DNA from: an uncultured Actinomycetota bacterium
GTDB taxonomy: Bacteria; Actinomycetota; Actinomycetes; Frankiales; Frankiaceae
Assembly (NCBI GenBank): GCA_963731205.1
Contig: CAVSUJ010000001.1
Span: 1,160,719-1,224,718, forward strand
DNA length: 64,000 bases
Reading direction: 5' to 3'
Under the pieces are notes generated by a model that ran no database searches, had not been told where the DNA came from, and was given only the letters and a program-made list of their open reading frames with translations. This document shows, in pieces, positions 35,330-44,898 of the stretch. Numbering within the stretch: the stretch's first letter is position 1; the number at the start of each line of letters is the position of its first letter. The position numbers and the translations under genes were made by a program.

Positions 35330-36502
35330 ATGGAGCTCGGATTCCAGGCCATCGACGCGGACAATCACTACTACGAGACGATCGACGCGTTCACCAGGCA
35401 TCTCGATCCGAAATTCCGCCAGCGCGGCGTGCAAGTCGTGCAGTCCGGCAAGCGCTACCAGCTGCTGATGGGTGAGCGGGTCAACCGCTTCATCCCCAAC
35501 CCGACGTTCAACCCGATCATCGTGCCGGGCTGCCTCGACGTGATGTTTCGCGGCCAGGTCCCCGAAGGCGTTGATCCGCGCACCCTCATGGAAGTCGAGC
35601 CGCTGCGCCCGGAGTACCAGGATCACGATGTTCGCGCCGAGGTCGCCCAGCAGCAGGGGCTGGAATCGGTACTGCTCTTCCCCACCCTCGGCTGCGGGGT
35701 CGAGGAGGGCCTGAAGGACGACATCGCCGCGACGATGGCCAGCCTCTCGGCGTTCAACCGCTGGCTCGAGGAGGACTGGGGCTTCGACTACCGCGGCAAG
35801 CTGATCGCCGCGCCCATGCTTTCCCTCGCCGATCCACAAGCGGCCCTGGACGAGCTCAACAGCCTGATCGAGCGGGGCGCCCGCATCGTTCACGTCAGGC
35901 CGGCGCCGGTCCCGGGCGAGCACGGCAGCTCACGCTCGCTGGGACACCGCAGCCATGACCCGGTGTGGGCGCGCCTCGCCGAAGCGTCGGTCCCGGTGGC
36001 ATTTCACCTGGGCGACAGCGGCTACAACGCGCTCACGTCAGCCTGGGGCGGAAGCGCGACCTTCGAGGGCTTCGGCAACACCAACATCCTCAGCCGCATC
36101 CTGGTCTCCGACCGGGCGATCCACGACACCGTCGCCTCGCTCGTCATCGACGGCGTCTTCGCCCGCCATCCGGCCCTTCGCGTCGCCAGCATCGAAAACG
36201 GCTCCGACTGGGTGAAGCTGCTCGTGAAACGGCTGCGCAAGCAGGCCAACCAGACTCCCTGGGCGTTCAGCGAGGATCCCCGCGAGACGCTTCGGCGCCA
36301 CGTCTGGGTCACCCCCTACTACGAGGAGGATCTGGCGGCGCTGGCCGAGGTCATCGGCGTGGAGCGGATCCTCTTCGGCTCCGACTGGCCACACGGCGAG
36401 GGGCTCGCCGAACCGACCGACTTCGCCAAGGAGCTCGACGGCTTCAGCACGGCAGAGGTGCGCAGGATCATGCGCGACAACAGCCTGGAACTGCTGGGTT
36501 AA
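35330..36502 (+). CDS. amidohydrolase family protein (paralogue of 34056..35252)
   Basis: IDADNHYYE, VAFHLGDSG and FGSDWPHGEG, the same motif set as the divergent neighbour. Confidence 0.8.
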   Translation: MELGFQAIDADNHYYETIDAFTRHLDPKFRQRGVQVVQSGKRYQLLMGERVNRFIPNPTFNPIIVPGCLDVMFRGQVPEGVDPRTLMEVEPLRPEYQDHDVRAEVAQQQGLESVLLFPTLGCGVEEGLKDDIAATMASLSAFNRWLEEDWGFDYRGKLIAAPMLSLADPQAALDELNSLIERGARIVHVRPAPVPGEHGSSRSLGHRSHDPVWARLAEASVPVAFHLGDSGYNALTSAWGGSATFEGFGNTNILSRILVSDRAIHDTVASLVIDGVFARHPALRVASIENGSDWVKLLVKRLRKQANQTPWAFSEDPRETLRRHVWVTPYYEEDLAALAEVIGVERILFGSDWPHGEGLAEPTDFAKELDGFSTAEVRRIMRDNSLELLG

Positions 36503-37773
36503 CGCGAGCCGGAGGCCGCGGGCCCACGAGGGACGTCGCGAAAAGCCTCGCTGTCGGCGCGGCGCTCGCGGGGCATCCCGAGCAGCCGCTCGCTGATGAC
36601 GTTGCGCGCCATCTCGGTGGTGCCGCCGCCGATGCACGCCGCCTGGCGCACCACGTAGCCGAGCGCCACCTGGGCGTCGGTGCGGTGGGCGGGATCCCAG
36701 GCGACAGCCGTCTCGCCGGCCAGCTCGAACGCGATACTGGCCCGCCGGGTGGTCGCCATCCCGCTGAACAGCCGCAATATTGCCGCGGCGTGGTGTGAGA
36801 GGGCTCCGTCGGCCATCTTGCGCGTCACCGAATGCACCAGCGCCGAGCGCACCAGCCCGAGGACGCGTGCCTCGCCGATGAGCTCCTGCGTGCGTGGCTC
36901 GTCCCAGGTGCCCCGCTCGCGGGCCAGAGCCGCCATGACGCCTGCCTCGTACGGTCCCTCGGTCGACTGGTTGCCCTGTCCGGTCACGTACATCGAGCCG
37001 CCCGCGATGGTGCGCTCGTGATACAGCCAGCGGGTCACCACGTCCCAGCCGGCGTCGACGTCACCGATCCGGTCGGCGTCGGAGACCACCACGTCAGTGA
37101 GGAACTCCTGGCAGAACTCGCGTGAGCCGTTGACCAGTTCGATGCGCCGCACCTCGATCCCCGGCGTCGACATCGGGAAAGAGAAAACCGTGAGCCCGCG
37201 GTGCTTTTCGGCGTCCCAGTTGGTACGCGCCAGGCAGATCGCCCAGTCTCCGTACCAGCCCGCCGTCGTCCAGATCTTGGACCCGTTGAGCACCCACTGA
37301 TCGCCTTCACGGGTGGCGGTCGTCACCGCGCTGGCCGCGTCGGAACCGCTGCCCGGCTCGGAGAGGAACTGGATCCAGATCTCCTCGCCGCGCAGCATCG
37401 CTGGGATGTGGCGCAGCTTCTGCTCCTCGGTGCCGAACTCGAGCAGCAGCGCCATCGCCGGGATGAACGTCGACGCCTGGATCTCGGCCGGGTAGTCGTA
37501 GCCGCGGAGCTCGCGGTTGAAGGCCGCCTGGTGTGCCGGCGTCAGCCCCTGTCCGCCGTACTCGGGCGGCACGCAGATCCCCGCGAACCCGCCTTCGAAA
37601 AGCCGGCGCTGCAGATCCCGGCAGGTCTGGATGCGGGCCAGGTCCTCCGCGTCGCTACTGCCGGTCGCCGTCAGGAAGAACTGGGCGGCCGCCGGATCAG
37701 CAGCGGGGAGATTGTCCGGCAGCCATGCACGGGCTCGTGCGGCGTATTCCTCGACGGTCGGCAGGACACTCAT
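36499..37773 (-). CDS. acyl-CoA dehydrogenase family protein
   Basis: 424 aa. ACAD middle-domain motif LSEPGSGSDAAS..WVLNGSKIWTT and the C-terminal GGGTTEMARNVISERLLG. Confidence 0.85.
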   Translation of the reverse strand: MSVLPTVEEYAARARAWLPDNLPAADPAAAQFFLTATGSSDAEDLARIQTCRDLQRRLFEGGFAGICVPPEYGGQGLTPAHQAAFNRELRGYDYPAEIQASTFIPAMALLLEFGTEEQKLRHIPAMLRGEEIWIQFLSEPGSGSDAASAVTTATREGDQWVLNGSKIWTTAGWYGDWAICLARTNWDAEKHRGLTVFSFPMSTPGIEVRRIELVNGSREFCQEFLTDVVVSDADRIGDVDAGWDVVTRWLYHERTIAGGSMYVTGQGNQSTEGPYEAGVMAALARERGTWDEPRTQELIGEARVLGLVRSALVHSVTRKMADGALSHHAAAILRLFSGMATTRRASIAFELAGETAVAWDPAHRTDAQVALGYVVRQAACIGGGTTEMARNVISERLLGMPRERRADSEAFRDVPRGPAASGSR

Positions 37774-38882
37774 CGCGGCGCCCCCGCCGTCTCGATGAGC
37801 TCCGCCACACGACGGCTGGCGTGCTCCGGGGTGCCGTACAGCTGGGCGTCGGTGACGGCACGGCGCAGGAAGAGGTGCAGGTCGTGCTCGAACGTCACCC
37901 CGATGCCCCCGTGCAGCTGGATGCAGTCCTGGATCATTTCCGGCCCGTGACGGCCCGCGTACGCCTTCGCGGCAGCGGCCCAGGTGCTCGCGTCAGCCGC
38001 CTGCTCCCCCACCGACCGGGCGGCGCGCGCAGCGACGGCCTCGCACGCCTCCAGGTGCATGCGCAGGTCAGCGACGCGATGCTTGATCTCCTGGTAGGAC
38101 GCGAGTGGCCGCCCGAAGGAGTAGCGGTCGAACGTCCAGGCCAGCGTCATCTCGAAGGCCCGCTCCATCGCTCCGGCGATCTCCCCGGCCTGCAGGACCG
38201 CCATCACCTCGAGCAATGCGCCGTCCTGCGCGCCTCCCTGCCCGGGTGTCCCGACCCGGGTCTCGACGGGAACTCTGACGTCGGTGAACGTCACGCGGTG
38301 AAAGCGCCGGGTGAGGTCCAGGCCCTCCAGCCCGGAGAGTGACATTCCGGGCGTGGCCAATGGCACGAGAAACTGGGTTATGCCCTGCTCCATTTCAGCC
38401 GATACGAGCAGGTGATGCGTATCCGCTGCAGCGTCGACGCAGGCCACCGCGCCGTTGAGCACGACATGCTCACCGGCGAGGGCTGCGTGGACGGCGCCAC
38501 CCGTCAGGCCGGCCCAGGCGGCAATGGCGGCCCCCGACAGCAGATCCGCCAGGGGACCCTCGCGTTGCTCGATCGATCCCCATCGCCCCAAAGCGAGCGC
38601 GACCACGTTGCTCCCGAAGAGGGGTCCCGGAGCCGCGTGGCGCCCGAAGTGGTGCGCCACGATGAGCAGATCGAGCAATCCGTTGCCACTGATCGATCCC
38701 CCGCCGCCGGTTTCGGGGACCAGCAACGACGTCCAGCCGAGCTCAGCGCCCCGCTTCCAGATCGCCGGCTCGAACCCCGGGGCATACCTCATTTCACGGA
38801 TGCGTTCACTCCCGTAATGGGCTGCCAGGAACTGCGCCGTGGTCGCCTCGAACAGCTGTTGATCTTCCGACAGGGGGAACAT
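37770..38882 (-). CDS. acyl-CoA dehydrogenase family protein
   Basis: ATG 38882 (MFPLSEDQQLF) is preceded by GGAG. C-terminal IQLHGGIGVTFEHDLHLFLRR. Overlaps the downstream ACAD by 4 nt. Confidence 0.8.
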   Translation of the reverse strand: MFPLSEDQQLFEATTAQFLAAHYGSERIREMRYAPGFEPAIWKRGAELGWTSLLVPETGGGGSISGNGLLDLLIVAHHFGRHAAPGPLFGSNVVALALGRWGSIEQREGPLADLLSGAAIAAWAGLTGGAVHAALAGEHVVLNGAVACVDAAADTHHLLVSAEMEQGITQFLVPLATPGMSLSGLEGLDLTRRFHRVTFTDVRVPVETRVGTPGQGGAQDGALLEVMAVLQAGEIAGAMERAFEMTLAWTFDRYSFGRPLASYQEIKHRVADLRMHLEACEAVAARAARSVGEQAADASTWAAAAKAYAGRHGPEMIQDCIQLHGGIGVTFEHDLHLFLRRAVTDAQLYGTPEHASRRVAELIETAGAPR

Positions 38883-38907
38883 CGCGCTCCGCGGCAGAAG
38901 GGCCATA

Positions 38908-38921
38908 AACATCTACATGTT
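38908..38921. promoter_or_regulatory. candidate operator, copy C of the AACATCTAGATGTT palindrome (13/14)
   Basis: AACATCTACATGTT lies between the ACAD operon start (38882, -) and cysD (39035, +). It matches the consensus at 13/14 read on either strand. Confidence 0.5.
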
Positions 38922-39034
38922 AGGCCGAATGGCCGCCTTTGCGAGCGAGTCGGCAGCAAGCGGGTCACAAGAACAGGGAGAATGCCGTTTATGAGAAGTA
39001 GGCAGGCCACTACCGAAACGCGAACGAGGTTGGG

Positions 39035-39937
39035 ATGAGCACCAGGACCCACTTGCAAAGCCTGGAGTCCGAGAGCATCCAGATTCTGCGTGAAGCCGTC
39101 TCGGAATCTGAGAAGCCGGTCATGCTCTACTCGGTCGGCAAGGACAGCTCCGTCATGCTCCACCTGGCGCTGAAGGCGTTCTATCCGTCCAAGCCCCCGT
39201 TCCCGCTGCTGCACGTCGACACGACGTTCAAGTTCCGCGCGATGTATGAGTTCCGCGACAAGTTCGTCGCCGAGAACGATCTTGATCTGATCGTGTACCA
39301 GAACCCGGAGTGCATCCGGCTGGGCATCAACCCGTTCGACCACGGCTCGGCCATGCACACCGACATGTGGAAGACCGAGGGCCTCAAGCAGGCGCTCGAC
39401 AAGTACGGCTTCGACCTCGCCTTCGGCGGCGCCCGGCGCGATGAGGAGAAGTCGCGCGCCAAGGAACGGGTCTTCTCGATCCGCTCGGCGCAGCACCGCT
39501 GGGATCCCAAGCAGCAGCGCCCGGAGCTCTGGCGGCTCTACAACGCGCGCAAGGGTCCGGGCGAGAGCGTGCGTGTCTTCCCGCTGTCCAACTGGACCGA
39601 GCTGGACGTCTGGCAGTACATCCACAACCAGAACATCCCGATCGTGCCGCTGTACTACGCGCAGCCGCGGCCCGTCGTGGAGCGCGACGGCGCGCTGATC
39701 ATGGTCGACGACGACCGGATGCCGCTCGCCGAGGGCGAGGTCCCCGAGATGCGCAGCGTCCGCTTCCGCACCCTGGGCTGCTACCCGCTGACCGGCGCGG
39801 TCGAGAGCGATGCCTCGACCCTGACCGGGATCATCCAGGAAATGCTCCTGACCACCTCTTCCGAGCGGCAGGGCCGGGTCATCGACCACGACTCGTCCGG
39901 CTCGATGGAGAAGAAGAAGCAAGAGGGGTACTTCTGA
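39035..39937 (+). CDS. cysD: sulfate adenylyltransferase subunit 2
   Basis: PAPS-reductase-fold motif [15 protein letters not shown], and the CysD-typical C-terminus [12 protein letters not shown]. Confidence 0.95.
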   Translation: MSTRTHLQSLESESIQILREAVSESEKPVMLYSVGKDSSVMLHLALKAFYPSKPPFPLLHVDTTFKFRAMYEFRDKFVAENDLDLIVYQNPECIRLGINPFDHGSAMHTDMWKTEGLKQALDKYGFDLAFGGARRDEEKSRAKERVFSIRSAQHRWDPKQQRPELWRLYNARKGPGESVRVFPLSNWTELDVWQYIHNQNIPIVPLYYAQPRPVVERDGALIMVDDDRMPLAEGEVPEMRSVRFRTLGCYPLTGAVESDASTLTGIIQEMLLTTSSERQGRVIDHDSSGSMEKKKQEGYF

Positions 39938-41838
39938 TGTCCCACGCCGCTGACGAGTTGCTGTCGACCGACATCGACGCCTATCTCGAGCGTCATGAGC
40001 ACAAGTCGTTGCTGCGTTTCATCACCTGCGGCAGCGTCGATGACGGCAAGAGCACGCTGATCGGGCGCCTCCTCTATGACTCGAAGCTCGTCTTCGAGGA
40101 CCACCTGGCGGCGCTGGAGTCGGACTCGAAGAAGGTCGGCACCCAGGGCGGCGAGCTCGACTTCGCCCTCCTGGTCGACGGCCTCGCCGCCGAGCGCGAG
40201 CAGGGCATCACCATCGACGTCGCCTACCGCTTCTTCTCCACCGAACGCCGCAAGTTCATCGTCGCCGACACCCCGGGCCATGAGCAGTACACCCGCAACA
40301 TGGTCACCGGCGCCTCGACCGCTGACGTCGCTGTCATCCTCATCGACGCCCGCAAAGGCGTGCTGACCCAGACCCGGCGCCACAGCTTCCTGGTCTCCCT
40401 GCTCGGCATCAAGCACATCCTGCTGGCCATCAACAAGCTCGACCTCGTCGACTACTCGCAAGAGGTGTTCAACCAGATCGAGGCGGACTACCGCGAGTTC
40501 GCCAGAGGCGTCGGCCTCGAGGACATCGTCGCGATCCCGCTGTCGGCGCTGCGCGGCGACAACATCACCGAGCCCAGCCTCAACACCCCCTGGTACGACG
40601 GCCCGACCCTGATCGGTCATCTGGAGACCGTGCAGGTCGACGACTCCACCCAGGACGGCCCGTTCCGGATGCCCGTGCAGTGGGTGAACCGGCCCAACCT
40701 CGACTTCCGCGGCTTCTCCGGCGAGATCGTCGGCGGCAAGATCAGCGTCGGCGACACCATCCGCGTGATCCCGTCCGGACGCGAGAGCACCGTCACCCGA
40801 ATCGTCACTTATGACGGGGACCTCCCCGAGGCGGCAGCCGGCGATTCGGTCACCATCACGCTGGCCGACGAGGTCGACATCAGCCGCGGCGACGTGCTCG
40901 CGGCTGCCTCCTCGCCGCCCGGCGTGGCCGACCAGTTCGAAGCCCACGTGGTGTGGATGAACGACGAGCCCATGCTCGCCGGACGCCCGTATCTGCTGAA
41001 GCTCGGCACCCGTACCGTCGGCGCGACCCTCGCCCAGCCGAAGTACAAGGTGAACGTCAACACGATGGAACACGCGGCGGCAAAGACGCTGGAACTGAAC
41101 GAGATCGGGGTCTGCAACCTCAACCTCAGCCGGCCCATCGCGTTCGACCCGTACAGCGAGAACCGCGACATGGGCGGCTTCGTCCTGATCGACCGCATCA
41201 CCAACAACACGGTCGGCGCCGGGCTGCTGCACTTCGCACTGCGCCGCGCTGACAACGTGCACTGGCAGTCGGTCGAGGTCGACAAGGCCGCCCGCGCGGA
41301 GCAGAAGCATCAGAGCCCGACGGTGCTGTGGTTCACCGGCCTCTCCGGTGCCGGCAAGTCGACGATTGCCAACATCGTGGAGCGCAAGCTGCACGCACTG
41401 GGCAGGCACACGTACTTGCTCGATGGCGACAACCTGCGTCACGGCATCAACAAGGACCTCGGCTTCACCACGGCCGACCGGGTGGAAAACGTCCGCCGTA
41501 CCGCCGAAGTCGCCGCGCTCATGGCTGACGCCGGGCTGATCGTTCTCGTCGCGCTCATCTCGCCCTACCGGGCCGAGCGGCGCCTCGCTCGCGAACTGAT
41601 CGGCGACGACGCGTTCGTCGAGGTCTTCGTCGACACCCCGCTGATCGACGCGGAAGCCCGTGACCGCAAGGGGTTGTACTCCAAGGCCCGGCGCGGCGAG
41701 CTGCCGAACTTCACCGGTGTCGACGACCCGTACGAGGAACCCGAAGCGCCTGACGTGCACATCCGCACGCCTGATCAGAGCGCCGAAGAAGCGGCTGACG
41801 CCATCATCGAAAGCCTGCTGGCGAGCCAGGAGGACTGA
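39937..41838 (+). CDS. cysNC: bifunctional sulfate adenylyltransferase subunit 1 / adenylylsulfate (APS) kinase
   Basis: GTPase motifs [14 protein letters not shown] and NKLD. The C-terminal APS-kinase P-loop is [13 protein letters not shown]. The start overlaps the cysD stop (TGATG). Confidence 0.95.
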   Translation: MSHAADELLSTDIDAYLERHEHKSLLRFITCGSVDDGKSTLIGRLLYDSKLVFEDHLAALESDSKKVGTQGGELDFALLVDGLAAEREQGITIDVAYRFFSTERRKFIVADTPGHEQYTRNMVTGASTADVAVILIDARKGVLTQTRRHSFLVSLLGIKHILLAINKLDLVDYSQEVFNQIEADYREFARGVGLEDIVAIPLSALRGDNITEPSLNTPWYDGPTLIGHLETVQVDDSTQDGPFRMPVQWVNRPNLDFRGFSGEIVGGKISVGDTIRVIPSGRESTVTRIVTYDGDLPEAAAGDSVTITLADEVDISRGDVLAAASSPPGVADQFEAHVVWMNDEPMLAGRPYLLKLGTRTVGATLAQPKYKVNVNTMEHAAAKTLELNEIGVCNLNLSRPIAFDPYSENRDMGGFVLIDRITNNTVGAGLLHFALRRADNVHWQSVEVDKAARAEQKHQSPTVLWFTGLSGAGKSTIANIVERKLHALGRHTYLLDGDNLRHGINKDLGFTTADRVENVRRTAEVAALMADAGLIVLVALISPYRAERRLARELIGDDAFVEVFVDTPLIDAEARDRKGLYSKARRGELPNFTGVDDPYEEPEAPDVHIRTPDQSAEEAADAIIESLLASQED

Positions 41839-41859
41839 CCGCCGTTTCGCGTGCGAGGG

Positions 41860-42681
41860 TCAGCGGGCCTTCGCACGCGGGGCGCGGCTGGTGGGCTCTT
41901 TGGTGAGCTGGCGCAAGATCGAGCGACCATCACCACCCGTGAGGTGAAGGTCGTCATCGACCTTCTGGTGCCACTCGCGGGGCAGCACCGCTCCCAACCC
42001 GCCGAGCGAAAACAGCGACAGGTCAACGACATTCGGCAGTTCGAGGCCGAGATCATTGCCTAGCGTGACCGACGTGTTGTAGGAGTTGCGCAGCGAGCAG
42101 ACGAAGTATGTGGCGCTCTCGATGCCGGTGTCGGCGTCGACGCCGGGGAGCTGACCCGCCGCCACGGCGTCGTCGATCAGGCCGCGGAAGAACACCGTGA
42201 CCGGCTCCTGCGCGGAGGCCACGAGGGCCGGACGCGCCTGGCTCAGCTGAAGCCGAAGATGAGACAGCCCACGGTCGACGCCTGAGCCGTGCATGGCCGG
42301 CATGCGCGCCGACGCCATGATGCCGCCGGCAAGCCGTTCCAGCGGATCCTCGAACGACTTGACCGCCGCCGTGATCAGCCGCGCGTAGGTGCGCATGGCC
42401 TCCTCGTAGACGGCCAGCAGCAGATCGTCCTTGCTCGAGAAGTACTGATACAGCGTGCGCAGCGACTGGCCCGCCTCGTCAGCGACCTCCTGAACGGTGA
42501 GCGACTCGCCATTGGTGCGGTCGAGCACCTTCGCTGCTGCGCGGATCAGCCGCGCACCCCGATCGATCGAGCGGCGCTTGGCGTCATCGAGCGACCGGTC
42601 GACCACCCGGCGCTGCCAGCCGGCCACCTCAGCCACCGTGCTGCCAGCGCCACCATCAGCGATCGCCACCGGCTCGCTCAT
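41860..42681 (-). CDS. TetR/AcrR family transcriptional regulator
   Basis: HTH LTVQEVADEAGQSLRTLYQYFSSKDDL. ATG 42681 (MSEPVAI) is preferred over the track start at 42723. Confidence 0.85.
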   Translation of the reverse strand: MSEPVAIADGGAGSTVAEVAGWQRRVVDRSLDDAKRRSIDRGARLIRAAAKVLDRTNGESLTVQEVADEAGQSLRTLYQYFSSKDDLLLAVYEEAMRTYARLITAAVKSFEDPLERLAGGIMASARMPAMHGSGVDRGLSHLRLQLSQARPALVASAQEPVTVFFRGLIDDAVAAGQLPGVDADTGIESATYFVCSLRNSYNTSVTLGNDLGLELPNVVDLSLFSLGGLGAVLPREWHQKVDDDLHLTGGDGRSILRQLTKEPTSRAPRAKAR

Positions 42682-42743
42682 TGCACGGATGCTACCGGAA
42701 TAGCACCATCGCCACTTCCGCAATCGGCAAGCGGCCGACCCGC

Positions 42744-43505
42744 TCAGTGGTCGTCGAACAGGTCAACGACCGCCGCGGCCCGCTGGCCGAGCATCACCTT
42801 TCCGACCACGGCCATGTGTGAACGCCAGTGCAGCTCGGTGGCATTGCGATCGCCCGCCCTGATGAGCTCGAGCAGGCGCAGCTGCGAGCGGATCCCGCGG
42901 CGGCGAACCGACAGCGAGCCGACGGTGTCCTCTCCCCGGCTCACCTCGGTCACCGCCCGCGTGACGATCTCGTTCAGCATCTCGGTGAACAGGCCGAGGG
43001 TCTGGTTGCCAGCCAGCGAGACGAGCCGCTCGTGGAACGCGGCATTGGCAGCCGCGAAGAGCTCGGGATCGCCGAGGCAATCCTCCTGCGCCTGCACCAG
43101 CGCGCGGAGCTCGTCGACCACAGCCCGGCGCGCGCGCATCCCGGCCAGAGCCCCGGCCGCGAGCGGTTCCACGAGCGTGCGCGCCGCGAAGACGTCTTCC
43201 AGCAGCACGTTGCGCGAGGCGAGGACGAGCGCGGCGGTGCGGGCCATCATCCGCTCGTCGGGCTCGTGCACGACGACCCCGCCGCCCGCGCCGCGCAGCA
43301 CCGTGATGAGCCCCTCGGCCTCGAGGATGCGCAGCGCCTCGCGCAGCGAGGGACGCGAGACCCCGAAGCGCTCGACCAGCTCGGGCTCGCGGCCCAGCGA
43401 ATCACCTTCGGACAGCTCGCCGCTGACGATGAGCCCGCGGAGCTCGTCAGCAATCTGCTGCGGCTTTTCCCTGGGCTGGACCCGGTGGCGCCTCGCCGCA
43501 CTCAC
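42744..43505 (-). CDS. GntR family (FadR/FCD subfamily) transcriptional regulator
   Basis: GTG 43505. Winged HTH LVERFGVSRPSLREALRILEAEGLI plus an all-helical FCD-like C-terminus. The longer track ORF's N-terminal part runs antisense to the next gene. Confidence 0.85.
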   Translation of the reverse strand: MSAARRHRVQPREKPQQIADELRGLIVSGELSEGDSLGREPELVERFGVSRPSLREALRILEAEGLITVLRGAGGGVVVHEPDERMMARTAALVLASRNVLLEDVFAARTLVEPLAAGALAGMRARRAVVDELRALVQAQEDCLGDPELFAAANAAFHERLVSLAGNQTLGLFTEMLNEIVTRAVTEVSRGEDTVGSLSVRRRGIRSQLRLLELIRAGDRNATELHWRSHMAVVGKVMLGQRAAAVVDLFDDH

Positions 43506-43673
43506 GTGACCTCCAGTCGGCCAGCACAGGAGGCCAGCGGGATCGGCCGGCAGCGTCGGCCTCGCGCAGAGGCTACCAACGAGGCCGCTGACACCGCGGT
43601 CCCAACGTGATGGGAGGGTGGTCGGAACACGGCGCAGGACCGAGTGAAACGGAGTGGTCGCGTGACCGCAGTC

Positions 43674-44888
43674 ATGCAAGGGATCCGCATCCTCGAGGTC
43701 GCCGAGCACACGTTCGTGCCTGCCTCCTCGGCGATCCTTTCCGACTGGGGCGCCGAGGTCATCAAGGTCGAGCCGGTCGGACGCGGCGACGCGATGCGCA
43801 CCCTGGCGCGTACCGGCGTCATCGATCTCGGCGAGGGCGGCGTGCATGTGCTGCTCGAGCACTCCAACCGAGGCAAGCGCAGCATCGGCCTCGACCTCGC
43901 CACCCCCGAGGGCCGCGAGGTGCTCTACAAGCTGGTCGCCGTCTGCGATGTGTTCCTGACCAACAAGCTCCCCCGGGTACGTGCCGCACTGGGCATCGAC
44001 GTCGACGACATCAGGGCACACAACCCCGACATCGTGTACGTCAGAGGCTCGGGCTACGGGCAGCTCGGACCTGACGCCGACCGCGGCGGCTACGACATCC
44101 TGGGTTACTGGTGCCGCTCCGGCGTGGCCGCGGCGGTGCGGCCGCCCGACGTCGACGGCTTCATCTCCCAGCCCGGGCCGGCCTACGGCGATTCACTGGG
44201 CGCGATGACGATCGCCGGCGGCATCTCGGCGGCGCTGCTGCACCGTGAGCGCACCGGCGAGGCACCCATCGTCGACGTCTCGCTGCTCGCCACCGGGATG
44301 TGGGCGCTCGGCGCGGGCATCGCGCTGGCCAAGCACATGGGGCAGCCGTGGCAGAACGCCACCATCGAACGCACCCAGATGAACAACCCGCTGACCGCGT
44401 CCTACCGCACCAAAGATGAGCGCTGGCTGTATTTCTCGTGTCTGCAAGGCTTTCAGTACTGGCCCGAGATCGCCACCCTCCTCGGCCGCGAGGAGCTGAT
44501 CACCGACCCCAGATTTGCGACGCACACCGACCTGATCGCCAATGCGATGCAAGCAGGCACGATCCTGCAGGAGATCTTCCTGACCCGGACCGCCGACGAG
44601 TGGCGCGAACGCCTGTCGGGTTTCCGCGGCCAGTGGGCCCTGGTGCAGGACGTCCTCGAGGTCACCGAGGACCCGCAGGTCAAAGCGAACGGCTACATGG
44701 TGGAGTGCGAGACCGCCCAGGGCGCTGGTTTTTCCCTCGTGGCCACGCCCGTGCAGTTCGACGGCACGTCCTCCCCGGCAGCCCGGGCGCCGGAGTTCAA
44801 CGAGCACGGTGACGCGATCCTCGGCGAGCTGCTCGGCTACGACTGGGACACGATCGTCGACATGAAGGTGAAGGGTGCCGTCGAATGA
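43674..44888 (+). CDS. CoA transferase, family III (CaiB/BaiF)
   Basis: MQGIRILEVAEHTFVPASSAILSDWGAEVIKVE, plus the conserved GYD and AYGD segments. The start could be GTG 43662 or ATG 43644. Confidence 0.85.
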   Translation: MQGIRILEVAEHTFVPASSAILSDWGAEVIKVEPVGRGDAMRTLARTGVIDLGEGGVHVLLEHSNRGKRSIGLDLATPEGREVLYKLVAVCDVFLTNKLPRVRAALGIDVDDIRAHNPDIVYVRGSGYGQLGPDADRGGYDILGYWCRSGVAAAVRPPDVDGFISQPGPAYGDSLGAMTIAGGISAALLHRERTGEAPIVDVSLLATGMWALGAGIALAKHMGQPWQNATIERTQMNNPLTASYRTKDERWLYFSCLQGFQYWPEIATLLGREELITDPRFATHTDLIANAMQAGTILQEIFLTRTADEWRERLSGFRGQWALVQDVLEVTEDPQVKANGYMVECETAQGAGFSLVATPVQFDGTSSPAARAPEFNEHGDAILGELLGYDWDTIVDMKVKGAVE

Positions 44889-44898
44889 GGACCGTGCA

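Noticed and set aside
38908-38921. The AACATCTAGATGTT sites as KstR/KstR2 steroid-regulon operators
   Set aside because: The KstR consensus TnnAACnnGTTnnA has AAC and GTT 2 nt apart. Here they are 8 nt apart around an ATCTAGAT core, so the motif is not KstR-like.
39781-41760. 659-aa minus-strand ORF
   Set aside because: It is entirely antisense to cysNC, whose GTPase and APS-kinase motifs are unambiguous. The translation has no recognisable motifs and an Arg/Val/Gly-rich composition.
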